Source: Glaciecola sp. (GTDB lineage Bacteria; Pseudomonadota; Gammaproteobacteria; Pseudomonadales; Pseudohongiellaceae). Taken from it: DNA of 64,000 nt. The position numbers and the translations under genes are program-made. The stretch's first letter is position 1, and each line of letters starts with the position of its first letter. This document shows, one piece after another, positions 18,981 to 27,267 of this stretch. The DNA lies in assembly GCA_047628735.1 (NCBI GenBank), contig JBLHVT010000005.1:1426-65425 (forward strand), read 5' to 3'. The notes beneath the pieces were generated by a model. It was not told the origin of the DNA and did no database searches. It saw nothing but the letters and a program-made list of their open reading frames with translations.

Positions 18981-21900
18981 TTGAAGCTAGGTGATTTTAG
19001 CGTATTGGATGAATTGCAGGATCAGGATAGTTTTCAAGATGTCGTGAATCGTTTTAATGAAACCGCGACTGACTATCCCAGCGCCAGTACAGTGAACGAG
19101 ATATTCCAACATCGGGTTGATGAAAGTCCTGACGCTATTGCGGTGAAAGATCCTGATAGATTTTACACGTATGCTGAATTGGATCGGCGTTCCAATAAAC
19201 TATCTCACTACCTTCTGTCAAGAACCATAGCGCCAGAATCTTTTGTGGCAATAATGATGGACGGAAGTTGTGATGCAACTGTGGCTATATTAGGTGTACT
19301 AAAAGCTGGGGCCGCCTACTTTTCAATGAGCGCAGATTTACCCATCGAGCGTGCTAAGTATATGCTGGACGATTGCGCCGCGCCTGTCCTTATTTCTTCG
19401 AGGGGACATATTAAGAAAATGAATAGGCTGCAATGGGAGTGTGCTGCGTTAGAAGAAATCTTATGCATTGATAGTGACTGTATTCATGCAGAGTCTGAAG
19501 AAGATACAGAAATGATGAACCCAGAAATTTGGCGCTTCATCGCTGATCAAGCGTTTGATGATATCTCTGGGGGCGGATGGAAAAGTATCTATACGGGGGA
19601 GTGGATAAGCCGTGAGGTTATGGACGCCTATGGTGATAGCATTGAAACGAAACTTACCCCGTTTTTTACCAAGGATACTCGAGTATTAGAGATCGGCTGC
19701 GCTAGTGGTATCAGCATGTTCAGATTGGCACCCAAATGTGGATTCTATATGGGAACTGATCTGTCGCCTGGTATTATTGACTGGTGTGCTCAGAAAGCGG
19801 AGCAAACTAAGCAAAACAATATTCACTTGGAATGCTTAGCTGCACATGAGATTGACCAATTGGAACAGGGTGATTTCGATGTGGTTATCATTAATAGCGT
19901 CGTGGAGCTTTTTAGTGGCCACAACTATCTTCGAGACGTTGTTAATAAAATAGTCGGTAAAATGGGGCCGAAGGGGGTTCTCTTTTTAGGAACTCTTTGG
20001 GACCAAGACAGCAAAGGCAAGTTTGCTCAATCTCTCGTTGATTTTAAAAGGCAGCATGGTAGTTCTGCGCACACCAAAATAGATCTAGACGACGACTTAT
20101 TTATTTCTCGAGATTACGTGGAGGATTTAACGTTAGACATTGATGAGTTAGTCAGCGTAGAATTTTCTCGAATGGCTGGTGATTCACTCCATGAGTTGTC
20201 CGCATACAGTTTTGATGCTCTGCTTTGTGTCGATAAAGTTAACCGAGCCAACACCGCGGACCGAAAGCGCCATAAAAAACAAACCGACTGGACCGAAATC
20301 AAGCGCTTTTCGCCTGAGCGACTTGCACCAATCGGTGATGGAAACTCGCTTGCCTATTTGATATACACCTCTGGTACTACTGGTAAGCCCAAAGGCGTTT
20401 TAGTTGAGCATCATTCGGTTAGTCGCTTGGTAATTAACACGAACTATTTTTCATTAGATTCTAGTGACCGCGTACTTAAAACGAGCTCCATGTCGTTTGA
20501 TGCGTCTACCTTAGAGATTTGGGGGCCGTTGTTAAACGGTGCAAGTGTTTGCTATGGCGCAGAGAAGGACATACTCGACCTTAAGCGTCTGTATAGCTTG
20601 GTGAAGGATGAAGAAATCACCTGTATGTTTTTCACGACTAGCTTGTTAAATGTAGTTGCCCGTTTAGCACCTGAAATATTTGGGCATTTAAGAACTCTTA
20701 TAACGGGTGGTGAAAAAGCGTCGGTTGAAACCTTGACCCAGTTAAAATCCCTATTTCCTGACTTACGAGTAATTAATGGCTATGGACCCACGGAAAACAC
20801 TACGTTCACTACTTTTTTTGAGGTGACCGACAGTCAAGCGATGACGGTTCCAATTGGTAAACCAATCTCGAATTCTACCGCTTATGTCTTAGATGATTTA
20901 GAGAGGCCTCTTCCCATTGGGGTGGTGGGAGAGTTATATGCCGGTGGAGATGGGGTTGCTCGAGGCTATTTAAATGCGCCTGATAGTACCGCTGCTAGCT
21001 TTGTGTATTGCGAGTTTTTGAAAGACCAGCGTTTGTATCGCACAGGAGATAGAGCGCGATGGCTTGAAGATGGCAATCTTGAATTTTTAGGCCGAATTGA
21101 TGATCAGGTAAAAGTGAGGGGGTTTCGTATTGAGCCTGCTGACATAGAGAAAAATATTAGTGAACACCCTGATGTTCAAGAAGTGGTTGTGATAACGCGG
21201 CAAGTAGAGGAGGGTCTCGAGTTGCTTGCCTATGTTACCGGTCAGGACAATTTGTCGATTGTGGATGTTAAGCATTTCGTTTCTCATAAGTTACCTAATT
21301 ACATGGTGCCAAGCCATATCATAAAGCTGGCGCAGTTTCCGCTAAATCGAAATGGTAAAGTAGACATCAAACAATTGCCGGCGCCAGAAAATTTTCGAGC
21401 AGGCCATTCATCCGACGTAAAGTTAGTGTTAGAGGCCGAAAAGCAGATGGCTGGTATCTGGCAAGAGATTCTTAGCGACTCTGCTGAGCAGCAAAAGCCG
21501 ATCCAAGGTGAGGTATTGGCGCAAACACAGTTTGGCGCAAATGATAACTTCTTCGACTTAGGGGGGCATAGCTTACGAGCGACTAAATTGTTGGCAATGA
21601 TATATAACGGGATGGGAGTATCGTTACCATTGTCTGCAGTTTTTGAAGCAAAGACCTTGCGGGAATTAACAGGGAAAGTATTAGATTCACTTGAGTTTGG
21701 TGAGGAGTATGCTGATAGCCCCATGGTGCAACTCAATCAAGCTGATGGCCCTAACTTGTTTGCCTTCCCTCCTGGCACGGGAGACGTATTAGGTTACATA
21801 CCATTGGCTGAAAAACTTGAAAACTGTCGGCTATTTGCTTTTAACTTTATCGAAAACGAGAATCGCGATACGCTGTATGCTGACTTAATTGAGGAAAAGC

Positions 21901-22418
21901 AGCCACAAGGTGAAATTACTTTGTTTGGATATTCAGCGGGCGGTAATTTAGCTTGTCATGTGGCAAATGCGCTAGAGCTACGCGGGAGGTTGGTTAAAGA
22001 TATAATTATGGTGGATTCTTCTCGAAAGATGGCTGCCTACCAATTTGATCCAAATGAAACAAAGCGAATCACTGAAGATTTTTTGAATCACGAGACCATC
22101 AAGCCTTATGTGTCGAGTCCATTGCTAAAGGACAAAGTAGTACGCAAGATTTCAAGCTATTATAATTACATCGAAGAAACCGTAGACCTACTTCTTTTGA
22201 ATGCGAATCTGCATGTGATACTCGCGGAAGCAGGACAGGATAAATTTCATGATAATGAAGGTAAGCTGATTATGCATCTTTCCGCCTGGGCACAAGCGAC
22301 TAATGGTTGCTATCGAACTTATCAAGGGACTGGTTTGCATAATGATATGTTGTATCAGAAGCCGTTGGAGGCTAATGCAGAAATTATCAGCCGTATTGTG
22401 AGGGAGTCATCGCTATGA
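18981..22418 (+). CDS. Non-ribosomal peptide synthetase: A (interrupted by a methyltransferase domain)-T-TE, with no C domain
   Basis: The start is TTG with AAGGAG 9 nt upstream (18966-18971). Core motifs, in order:
- A2-like LKAGAAYFSMSADLP
- NRPS-type M domain: GGWKSIYTGEWISREVMDAY, then VLEIGCASG with LEIGCASG at 19686-19709
- A3 YTSGTTGKPKG 20364-20396
- A5 NGYGPTENT
- A7 YRTGD
- T GGHSL, Ser 21570-21572
- TE GYSAGG, Ser 21933-21935, with downstream Asp (MVDSS) and His (GLHNDM). Confidence 0.95.
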   Translation: MKLGDFSVLDELQDQDSFQDVVNRFNETATDYPSASTVNEIFQHRVDESPDAIAVKDPDRFYTYAELDRRSNKLSHYLLSRTIAPESFVAIMMDGSCDATVAILGVLKAGAAYFSMSADLPIERAKYMLDDCAAPVLISSRGHIKKMNRLQWECAALEEILCIDSDCIHAESEEDTEMMNPEIWRFIADQAFDDISGGGWKSIYTGEWISREVMDAYGDSIETKLTPFFTKDTRVLEIGCASGISMFRLAPKCGFYMGTDLSPGIIDWCAQKAEQTKQNNIHLECLAAHEIDQLEQGDFDVVIINSVVELFSGHNYLRDVVNKIVGKMGPKGVLFLGTLWDQDSKGKFAQSLVDFKRQHGSSAHTKIDLDDDLFISRDYVEDLTLDIDELVSVEFSRMAGDSLHELSAYSFDALLCVDKVNRANTADRKRHKKQTDWTEIKRFSPERLAPIGDGNSLAYLIYTSGTTGKPKGVLVEHHSVSRLVINTNYFSLDSSDRVLKTSSMSFDASTLEIWGPLLNGASVCYGAEKDILDLKRLYSLVKDEEITCMFFTTSLLNVVARLAPEIFGHLRTLITGGEKASVETLTQLKSLFPDLRVINGYGPTENTTFTTFFEVTDSQAMTVPIGKPISNSTAYVLDDLERPLPIGVVGELYAGGDGVARGYLNAPDSTAASFVYCEFLKDQRLYRTGDRARWLEDGNLEFLGRIDDQVKVRGFRIEPADIEKNISEHPDVQEVVVITRQVEEGLELLAYVTGQDNLSIVDVKHFVSHKLPNYMVPSHIIKLAQFPLNRNGKVDIKQLPAPENFRAGHSSDVKLVLEAEKQMAGIWQEILSDSAEQQKPIQGEVLAQTQFGANDNFFDLGGHSLRATKLLAMIYNGMGVSLPLSAVFEAKTLRELTGKVLDSLEFGEEYADSPMVQLNQADGPNLFAFPPGTGDVLGYIPLAEKLENCRLFAFNFIENENRDTLYADLIEEKQPQGEITLFGYSAGGNLACHVANALELRGRLVKDIIMVDSSRKMAAYQFDPNETKRITEDFLNHETIKPYVSSPLLKDKVVRKISSYYNYIEETVDLLLLNANLHVILAEAGQDKFHDNEGKLIMHLSAWAQATNGCYRTYQGTGLHNDMLYQKPLEANAEIISRIVRESSL
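19430..20345 (+). other. NRPS-type methyltransferase domain inserted between A-domain core motifs A2 and A3 (approximate boundaries)
   Basis: The whole MT motif set lies downstream of LKAGAAYFSMSADLPIERAKYML (A2) and upstream of LAYLIYTSGTTGKPKG (A3). Confidence 0.8.
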
Positions 22419-23668
22419 ACATATTCGATTCAACTGAATCAAATGTAAGGTCATATTGTCGATCTTTCCCTAAGGTTTTTGAGTCTGCCTCTGGAGCCGA
22501 ACTTATCGATGAAGAAGGGAATTTTTATATCGACTTTTTTGCTGGTGCAGGCTCACTAAACTATGGCCATAATAATCCGATAATGACCGAAGCCCTGATT
22601 AGCTACTTACAATCTGGGGGCGTCGTTCATGGGTTGGATATGGCGACCACTGCCAAACGTGATTTTCTAGAAACATTTAAGTCGGTAATTTTAGATCCAC
22701 GAGGATTAGATTATAAGGTTCAGTTTACCGGGCCCACAGGCACCAATGCCGTAGAGGCGGCTTTAAAGCTAGCACGAAAAATAAAGCAGCGATCTAATGT
22801 GATTTCCTTTACAAATGCCTTTCACGGCTTAACGTCAGGTGCTTTGGCTGTCACTGGAAGCCAGAATTATCGTAATGAAGCTTACGTTGATCGCCGCAAT
22901 GTAACCTTTATGCCCTATGATGGCTACATGGGCGATGGTGTGAACACATTGGATTACGTTCGTAAGTTGCTCATCGATAAAAGTAGTGGTATCGATCTTC
23001 CTGCAGCAGTGATTGTGGAATTAATTCAGGCTGAAGGCGGCGTTAACGTTGCGTGCCCGCAGTGGGTTAGAGAGCTACGACTTCTTTGCAATGAATTTGA
23101 TATGTTGCTGATTGTTGATGATATTCAAGTTGGCTGTGGTCGTAGTGGATGCTTTTTTAGCCATGAAGAGGCAGGCATAAAACCTGATATGATCGCCCTG
23201 TCAAAATCCATCAGTGGTTTTGGGCTGCCGATGTCTTTATTGTTATTGAAGCCAGAATTTGATCAATGGGAAAGCGGAGAACATACAGGAACTTTTCGCG
23301 GAAATAACCTCGCCTTCGTTACAGCCAAAATAGCATTGGATTATTGGCGGACATCTCAGTTCGCTGACGAGATCCATGAAAAATCACTTTTAGTCCAAGA
23401 GGCCTTGCAAGATCTTCAAAGTAGATTCCCAAAGACTATTAGGGCTATCAAAGGTCGGGGGATGATACGCGGTCTAGAATTTTGGCAACCGCATGTGGCG
23501 CAATCGCTGGTAAAAACCGCTTTTTTGAATGGATTAATCATTGAGCTGTGCGGGGCCGAACAAAATGTTTTAAAATTATTGCCACCATTAATTATCGAGA
23601 ATCAGCTATTGATTAAGGGCATTGGCGTTATCGATAGCGCCTTGAAAGCGATCAATTCGGAGGTTTAA
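22415..23668 (+). CDS. Diaminobutyrate-2-oxoglutarate transaminase (EctB/Dat/PvdH family, PLP-dependent)
   Basis: It is collinear along its whole length with EctB as I remember it. Shared motifs are ESNVRSYCRSFP, YIDFFAGAGSLNYGHNNP, GLDYKVQFTGPTGTNAVEAALKLAR, VIVE.IQAEGG, DDIQVGCGRSG, ALSKSISG (PLP Lys) and GTFRGNNLAF. An ATGA overlap links it to the TE-containing NRPS. Confidence 0.93.
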   Translation: MNIFDSTESNVRSYCRSFPKVFESASGAELIDEEGNFYIDFFAGAGSLNYGHNNPIMTEALISYLQSGGVVHGLDMATTAKRDFLETFKSVILDPRGLDYKVQFTGPTGTNAVEAALKLARKIKQRSNVISFTNAFHGLTSGALAVTGSQNYRNEAYVDRRNVTFMPYDGYMGDGVNTLDYVRKLLIDKSSGIDLPAAVIVELIQAEGGVNVACPQWVRELRLLCNEFDMLLIVDDIQVGCGRSGCFFSHEEAGIKPDMIALSKSISGFGLPMSLLLLKPEFDQWESGEHTGTFRGNNLAFVTAKIALDYWRTSQFADEIHEKSLLVQEALQDLQSRFPKTIRAIKGRGMIRGLEFWQPHVAQSLVKTAFLNGLIIELCGAEQNVLKLLPPLIIENQLLIKGIGVIDSALKAINSEV

Positions 23669-23742
23669 CTTATTGTGCTAGCCATTTAATAGCATTCTTG
23701 AGCGGAGGGGTTAGTCTGAGAGTTGGGTATGGCGACAACCGT

Positions 23743-23781
23743 AAAGAAGTTAATGATGCACGAGGCATCATTAACTTCTTT
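23743..23781. terminator. Perfect 17-bp inverted repeat with a 5-nt loop between convergent genes; likely a bidirectional transcription stop and the right edge of the biosynthetic operon
   Basis: The left arm aaagaagttaatgatgc (23743-23759), the loop acgag and the right arm gcatcattaacttcttt (23765-23781) are exact complements. The flanks are only weakly U-rich on either strand. Confidence 0.6.
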
Positions 23782-23850
23782 ATTAAAAAACTATCTTGTT
23801 ACACAATCATATTATCCAATGAGTGAAGATATTAACTTACATTTTTTTCT

Positions 23851-25050
23851 TTACAGCGCGGCAGAGAGTTTTAGAGTAAAAGCATTCGCGTTAAAGTCTT
23901 GCATTCCTGAGTTATTCGAAGTGCGACGGCTGTAAGAGTAGTTTAATCCAGCGCTATAGCGTGCATTAAAGTTATACGAAGTCCCTACCGTTGTTACGTA
24001 ATCTCTTATTTTTATATCAATAAGCTCCATCTCTGTGTTTACTTGTCTCACACTTCCGCTAAAAGATAGCTTCTCAGAGGCGCTGTAGTTTAAGCCTGCA
24101 GAGTATACGTCAACAAAAAGCCCGGGAGTTGCGTCTATATTCATCTCGGCAAAAGAGCGTGAATAAATTCCATAGGCCGTAAGTTTATCGTTCACCTGTG
24201 CGCCAATCGAGGCATTGCCAATAGTCGCTTCGATGTTTTCAAAATTCACACCTTCGTAGTCTCTTGAATAGTGGCCAACCTCTCCGCTAACATTTACACG
24301 AGTGCCGAGCTTCAGATTACCACCGACAAGCAGTTCTATTACATCTGAAGTTCTTTCGAGACCAAAGTCGTCCTTCTCTTGCTCATAGTCTATTTCGCTG
24401 AAAGTTAATTTAATAGAAGGCTGAAATACATCGTTCAACATGTAGTTCCATTTTAACGAAAGGTCTGTCTCAATCCTGTCCTCATCATCTCTATTAACTA
24501 ATATATCGAACTTCTCGGTATCTAAGGTATCTAAGTCATCACGCTTCAAAGAAAAAGAATATTGCTGCTTGCCTGTTTTATAGCTGCTTTCAATACTTTG
24601 CGTTAATGTTGTGATGTCCGTCCGTCCGTCTGCATCACCCTCTATGATGGCGTTTCGAGTTATTGTAGAGTCGTCATAACGAACTCCAGCTTTAACCATG
24701 AAGGATTCGGAGAAATTTTGAAGCAAGCTTAAACTGCCGTAGAAATCATCAATTTCTTCTGCTTCAAGTTCCAAATGCTGTGTCGATTTAAATCCGAAAT
24801 CTGAATCTATAGTTTGGCCCTCTTTGCTTAAATTAAGATTTCCGCTGAATAAAAGATCAGCGATAGTGTCGTCAACTTTGCTTTTTGTATTTAGGGCGTT
24901 ATCAGTATTGGTCGTTGAAAGGTCAATCCTTGGCGAAAACTTGACATTATATCCTGCGAATTCAGCGGGAGTTTGAGCTTGTGCTAGGAATGAAACCATT
25001 GAAAGAGTGGCTGCTGCGGCTAAGCCACCGCCGATTTTTTTTGTAAACAT
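23851..25050 (-). CDS. Putative outer-membrane beta-barrel protein, family not assigned
   Basis: The signal peptide is MFTKKIGGGLAAAATLSMVSFLAQA/QT. An amphipathic alternating-strand pattern with Y/F-rich strands and G/N/D/S turns runs to the C-terminus. I recognised no plug domain or TonB box. I prefer the ATG at 25050 to the TTG at 25095 used in the ORF track. Confidence 0.6.
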   Translation of the reverse strand: MFTKKIGGGLAAAATLSMVSFLAQAQTPAEFAGYNVKFSPRIDLSTTNTDNALNTKSKVDDTIADLLFSGNLNLSKEGQTIDSDFGFKSTQHLELEAEEIDDFYGSLSLLQNFSESFMVKAGVRYDDSTITRNAIIEGDADGRTDITTLTQSIESSYKTGKQQYSFSLKRDDLDTLDTEKFDILVNRDDEDRIETDLSLKWNYMLNDVFQPSIKLTFSEIDYEQEKDDFGLERTSDVIELLVGGNLKLGTRVNVSGEVGHYSRDYEGVNFENIEATIGNASIGAQVNDKLTAYGIYSRSFAEMNIDATPGLFVDVYSAGLNYSASEKLSFSGSVRQVNTEMELIDIKIRDYVTTVGTSYNFNARYSAGLNYSYSRRTSNNSGMQDFNANAFTLKLSAAL

Positions 25051-25891
25051 TGAGAATCTCTTATTTTTTAACGTTGCAGGGAGGCGAATAACCAATTTGA
25101 GGAATACTGATTCTCTCTTTAGCGTAGTAGCAATCCCATAGGTTTTACAGGCATTATTATGATGTTTAAGAAGTGTCTAATAAAAGACGCTAGTTCAATA
25201 ATAGCCGCCTCAAAGGGGATTTTCCAAACGCACTTTTTATGGATTGAAATCTTGACTCTCATATTTTGTTTTTTCTATTTTAAGAGTTCTTAACAGCCTA
25301 GCATGCTTTTACAGGAGAGGCTAGAAATTTAAAAACCCAACAGAGTCTGATCTCGGTTCATTACCGCCGCTGTGGTGTCATATGCGGTCTTTAAAGAATG
25401 TGGCTTAGGGATGGACTAATCCAATCAGCGAATTTTGCTTGAAAGTGAAATCAATTTTGATCATTCCTTTCGGAACTGCCTGAATTAACTTGCATGCGAC
25501 AGCGATGGCCCACATCTAATTGCGCCGTTAGCCCAATGGTTGCAGGTCTGCTAGAAAACTATTTGTAACATAGCACTCGATTTTTGAATTCGACAACCTC
25601 TTTATCTTTGAGCAAAAAAGCTGGCCATAGTCGACTTGCTAGAAATTGACGCAGAATGGCTTGCACTGCTTTTGGGGTTTATCAGTGGTGACCTAAAGGC
25701 TGGATCATGACGAGACGGGCATTTTGAAGACAGGCCAAGAGTCATTATTCGTTCAGCTGGTAGCTATAAAAAATGATTTTTGTTTGGTTCGGTCGTTATA
25801 GGCAGGCTGAGCGACTATACAGCCTAGCGATTTTGGGACATTGATGTGGGGCTAATTTAGAGTGGAGTAGTAGTTAAGCCAAGCTTGATTT

Positions 25892-25933
25892 TATGTTAAA
25901 AATATTTTACATTATGTAAAAATATTTATACAT
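25892..25933 (+). promoter_or_regulatory. Two adjacent 21-nt AT-rich direct repeats, each a near-palindrome; candidate operator for the downstream XRE regulator
   Basis: tatgttaaaaatattttacat (25892-25912) is followed by tatgtaaaaatatttatacat (25913-25933). Each has the form ATGT(A/T)..AAATATTT..TACAT. They end 10 nt before the ATG at 25944, with AAGGA at 25934-25938. Confidence 0.5.
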
Positions 25934-25943
25934 AAGGATAACT

Positions 25944-26411
25944 ATGGATTTTTCCTTCAAAGAGAAAAGTGTTATTGCCTCGCTCGTAGTCACTCTATTG
26001 ATATTCGGGTGGTATTATTATTACGTATTTTCCAATTTAACACTGGTTGTAAATGAGGGGCTCAGTGTTAGCGATCTTATTGGTATAATTATGCTCATTG
26101 TAATCCTTGAGATCGTCATCCAGACTTTTATGGCTATCAGGAACAAGAACGCTATGGAAGATGAAAGGGATAAGCTCATCGAGCTGGTTTCTCGTCGAAA
26201 TGGTTACTGGACATTGTGTATTGGAATTTGGTTTCTATTGATCCATCTTATAATTGAAGGTTCAGGAACTTGGTTTAATTTTTATCACAATCTAATTTTT
26301 ACATCACCATCATACTTAGCCCACTTACTACTCTTGTTCTTTGTTTTGGCGGAAGTGGCTTGTTTTGTTACCCAAATTTATTATTACCGTAAGGGTATCC
26401 AAGTTGTCTAA
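25944..26411 (+). CDS. Small polytopic membrane protein (DUF2178-like), first gene of a membrane protein / XRE regulator pair
   Basis: It has four hydrophobic helices with a charged loop (NAMEDERDKLIELVSRRNG). It sits immediately upstream of, and overlaps, a 68-aa HTH regulator, which I recognise as a conserved pairing. Confidence 0.6.
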   Translation: MDFSFKEKSVIASLVVTLLIFGWYYYYVFSNLTLVVNEGLSVSDLIGIIMLIVILEIVIQTFMAIRNKNAMEDERDKLIELVSRRNGYWTLCIGIWFLLIHLIIEGSGTWFNFYHNLIFTSPSYLAHLLLLFFVLAEVACFVTQIYYYRKGIQVV

Positions 26412-26610
26412 GCGATTGAGTAACAACATTAGAAAACTGCGGTTTGAGGCGGGTGAAATGTCTCAGCAGACATTGGCGACGAAAGTTTATGTAACTCGTC
26501 AAACTATTATCGCTATAGAAAAAGATAAATACTCTCCATCTTTAGAGGTGGCTTTTAAAATATCGAACATTTTTGGCGAGCCTTTGGAAAATGTATTTAA
26601 TTACGAATAG
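26404..26610 (+). CDS. XRE-family helix-turn-helix transcriptional regulator (short, about 68 aa)
   Basis: SKRLSNNIRKLRFEAGEMSQQTLATKVYVTRQTIIAIEKDKYSPSLEVAFKISNIFGEPLENVF is the full-length pattern of the small Cro/C1-type regulators. The long N-terminal extension in the ORF track merely overlaps the previous gene. The start is taken as TTG 26404, and TTG 26416 is also possible. Confidence 0.8.
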   Translation: MSKRLSNNIRKLRFEAGEMSQQTLATKVYVTRQTIIAIEKDKYSPSLEVAFKISNIFGEPLENVFNYE

Positions 26611-26728
26611 GAAATTAGCCTAGTGCGGCAGCCTACAATTCGTATGTATTTATCGTCTATAGGGTACTATTCAATACCGGCTTGAGAGAAGGGCTTAAGT
26701 GGGAATTAATTAAGTGAGAGTTAGTTAA

Positions 26729-27232
26729 GTGGGAATTCGTGAAATTCAAACTAAGCGCTTGATTTTTAAAAAACCTAGTCCTTTTGATGCTAAAGCGCTC
26801 TGTCTTGAACTTGATAATTGGAAGGTTGCGAAATGGCTTGGGCGTCTTCCTAACCCCGATAGCTTATCAGAAGCTGAGTCTTGGGTTAGCGTTATCAGCC
26901 ACATGGAATTTAACTTCAATATCTTTCTACCTGATGTGCTGATCGGTGGTGCTGGATTAGTTGCTACTGATGAAGGCCATCACGAGCTTGGATTTTGGTT
27001 GGGAGAAAGCTATTGGAGAAAAGGCTATGCAACGCAAGCAGGTCAGGCGTTACTACTGCATGCCTCTACTAAGCACATAGGCGGTAAAGTTGTAGCAAGC
27101 TGCTTACAAGGCAACGCAGGGTTTTTAAAAATACTGCAGGGATTTGGTTTTGAGGTTCACGCTAAAGATGAGATTTTTTGTTATCATCAGGGAAAGACAT
27201 TGCCCTGTTTGCAATTGTCGTTAACGCTATGA
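26729..27232 (+). CDS. GNAT-family N-acetyltransferase (RimJ/RimL-like)
   Basis: Supporting motifs are HELGFWLGESYWRKGYATQAGQALLLHA (acetyl-CoA binding motif A region) and W.VAKWLGR in the N-terminus. The start is GTG. Confidence 0.75.
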   Translation: MGIREIQTKRLIFKKPSPFDAKALCLELDNWKVAKWLGRLPNPDSLSEAESWVSVISHMEFNFNIFLPDVLIGGAGLVATDEGHHELGFWLGESYWRKGYATQAGQALLLHASTKHIGGKVVASCLQGNAGFLKILQGFGFEVHAKDEIFCYHQGKTLPCLQLSLTL

Positions 27233-27267
27233 CTCGGTTTATTTTCTGCATTTGCACTGTTCAACGC

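Noticed and set aside
23723-23935. A 70-aa plus-strand ORF between the transaminase and the outer-membrane protein gene.
   Set aside because: It runs straight through the 17-bp hairpin and overlaps the 3' end of the convergent beta-barrel gene. It resembles no known family.
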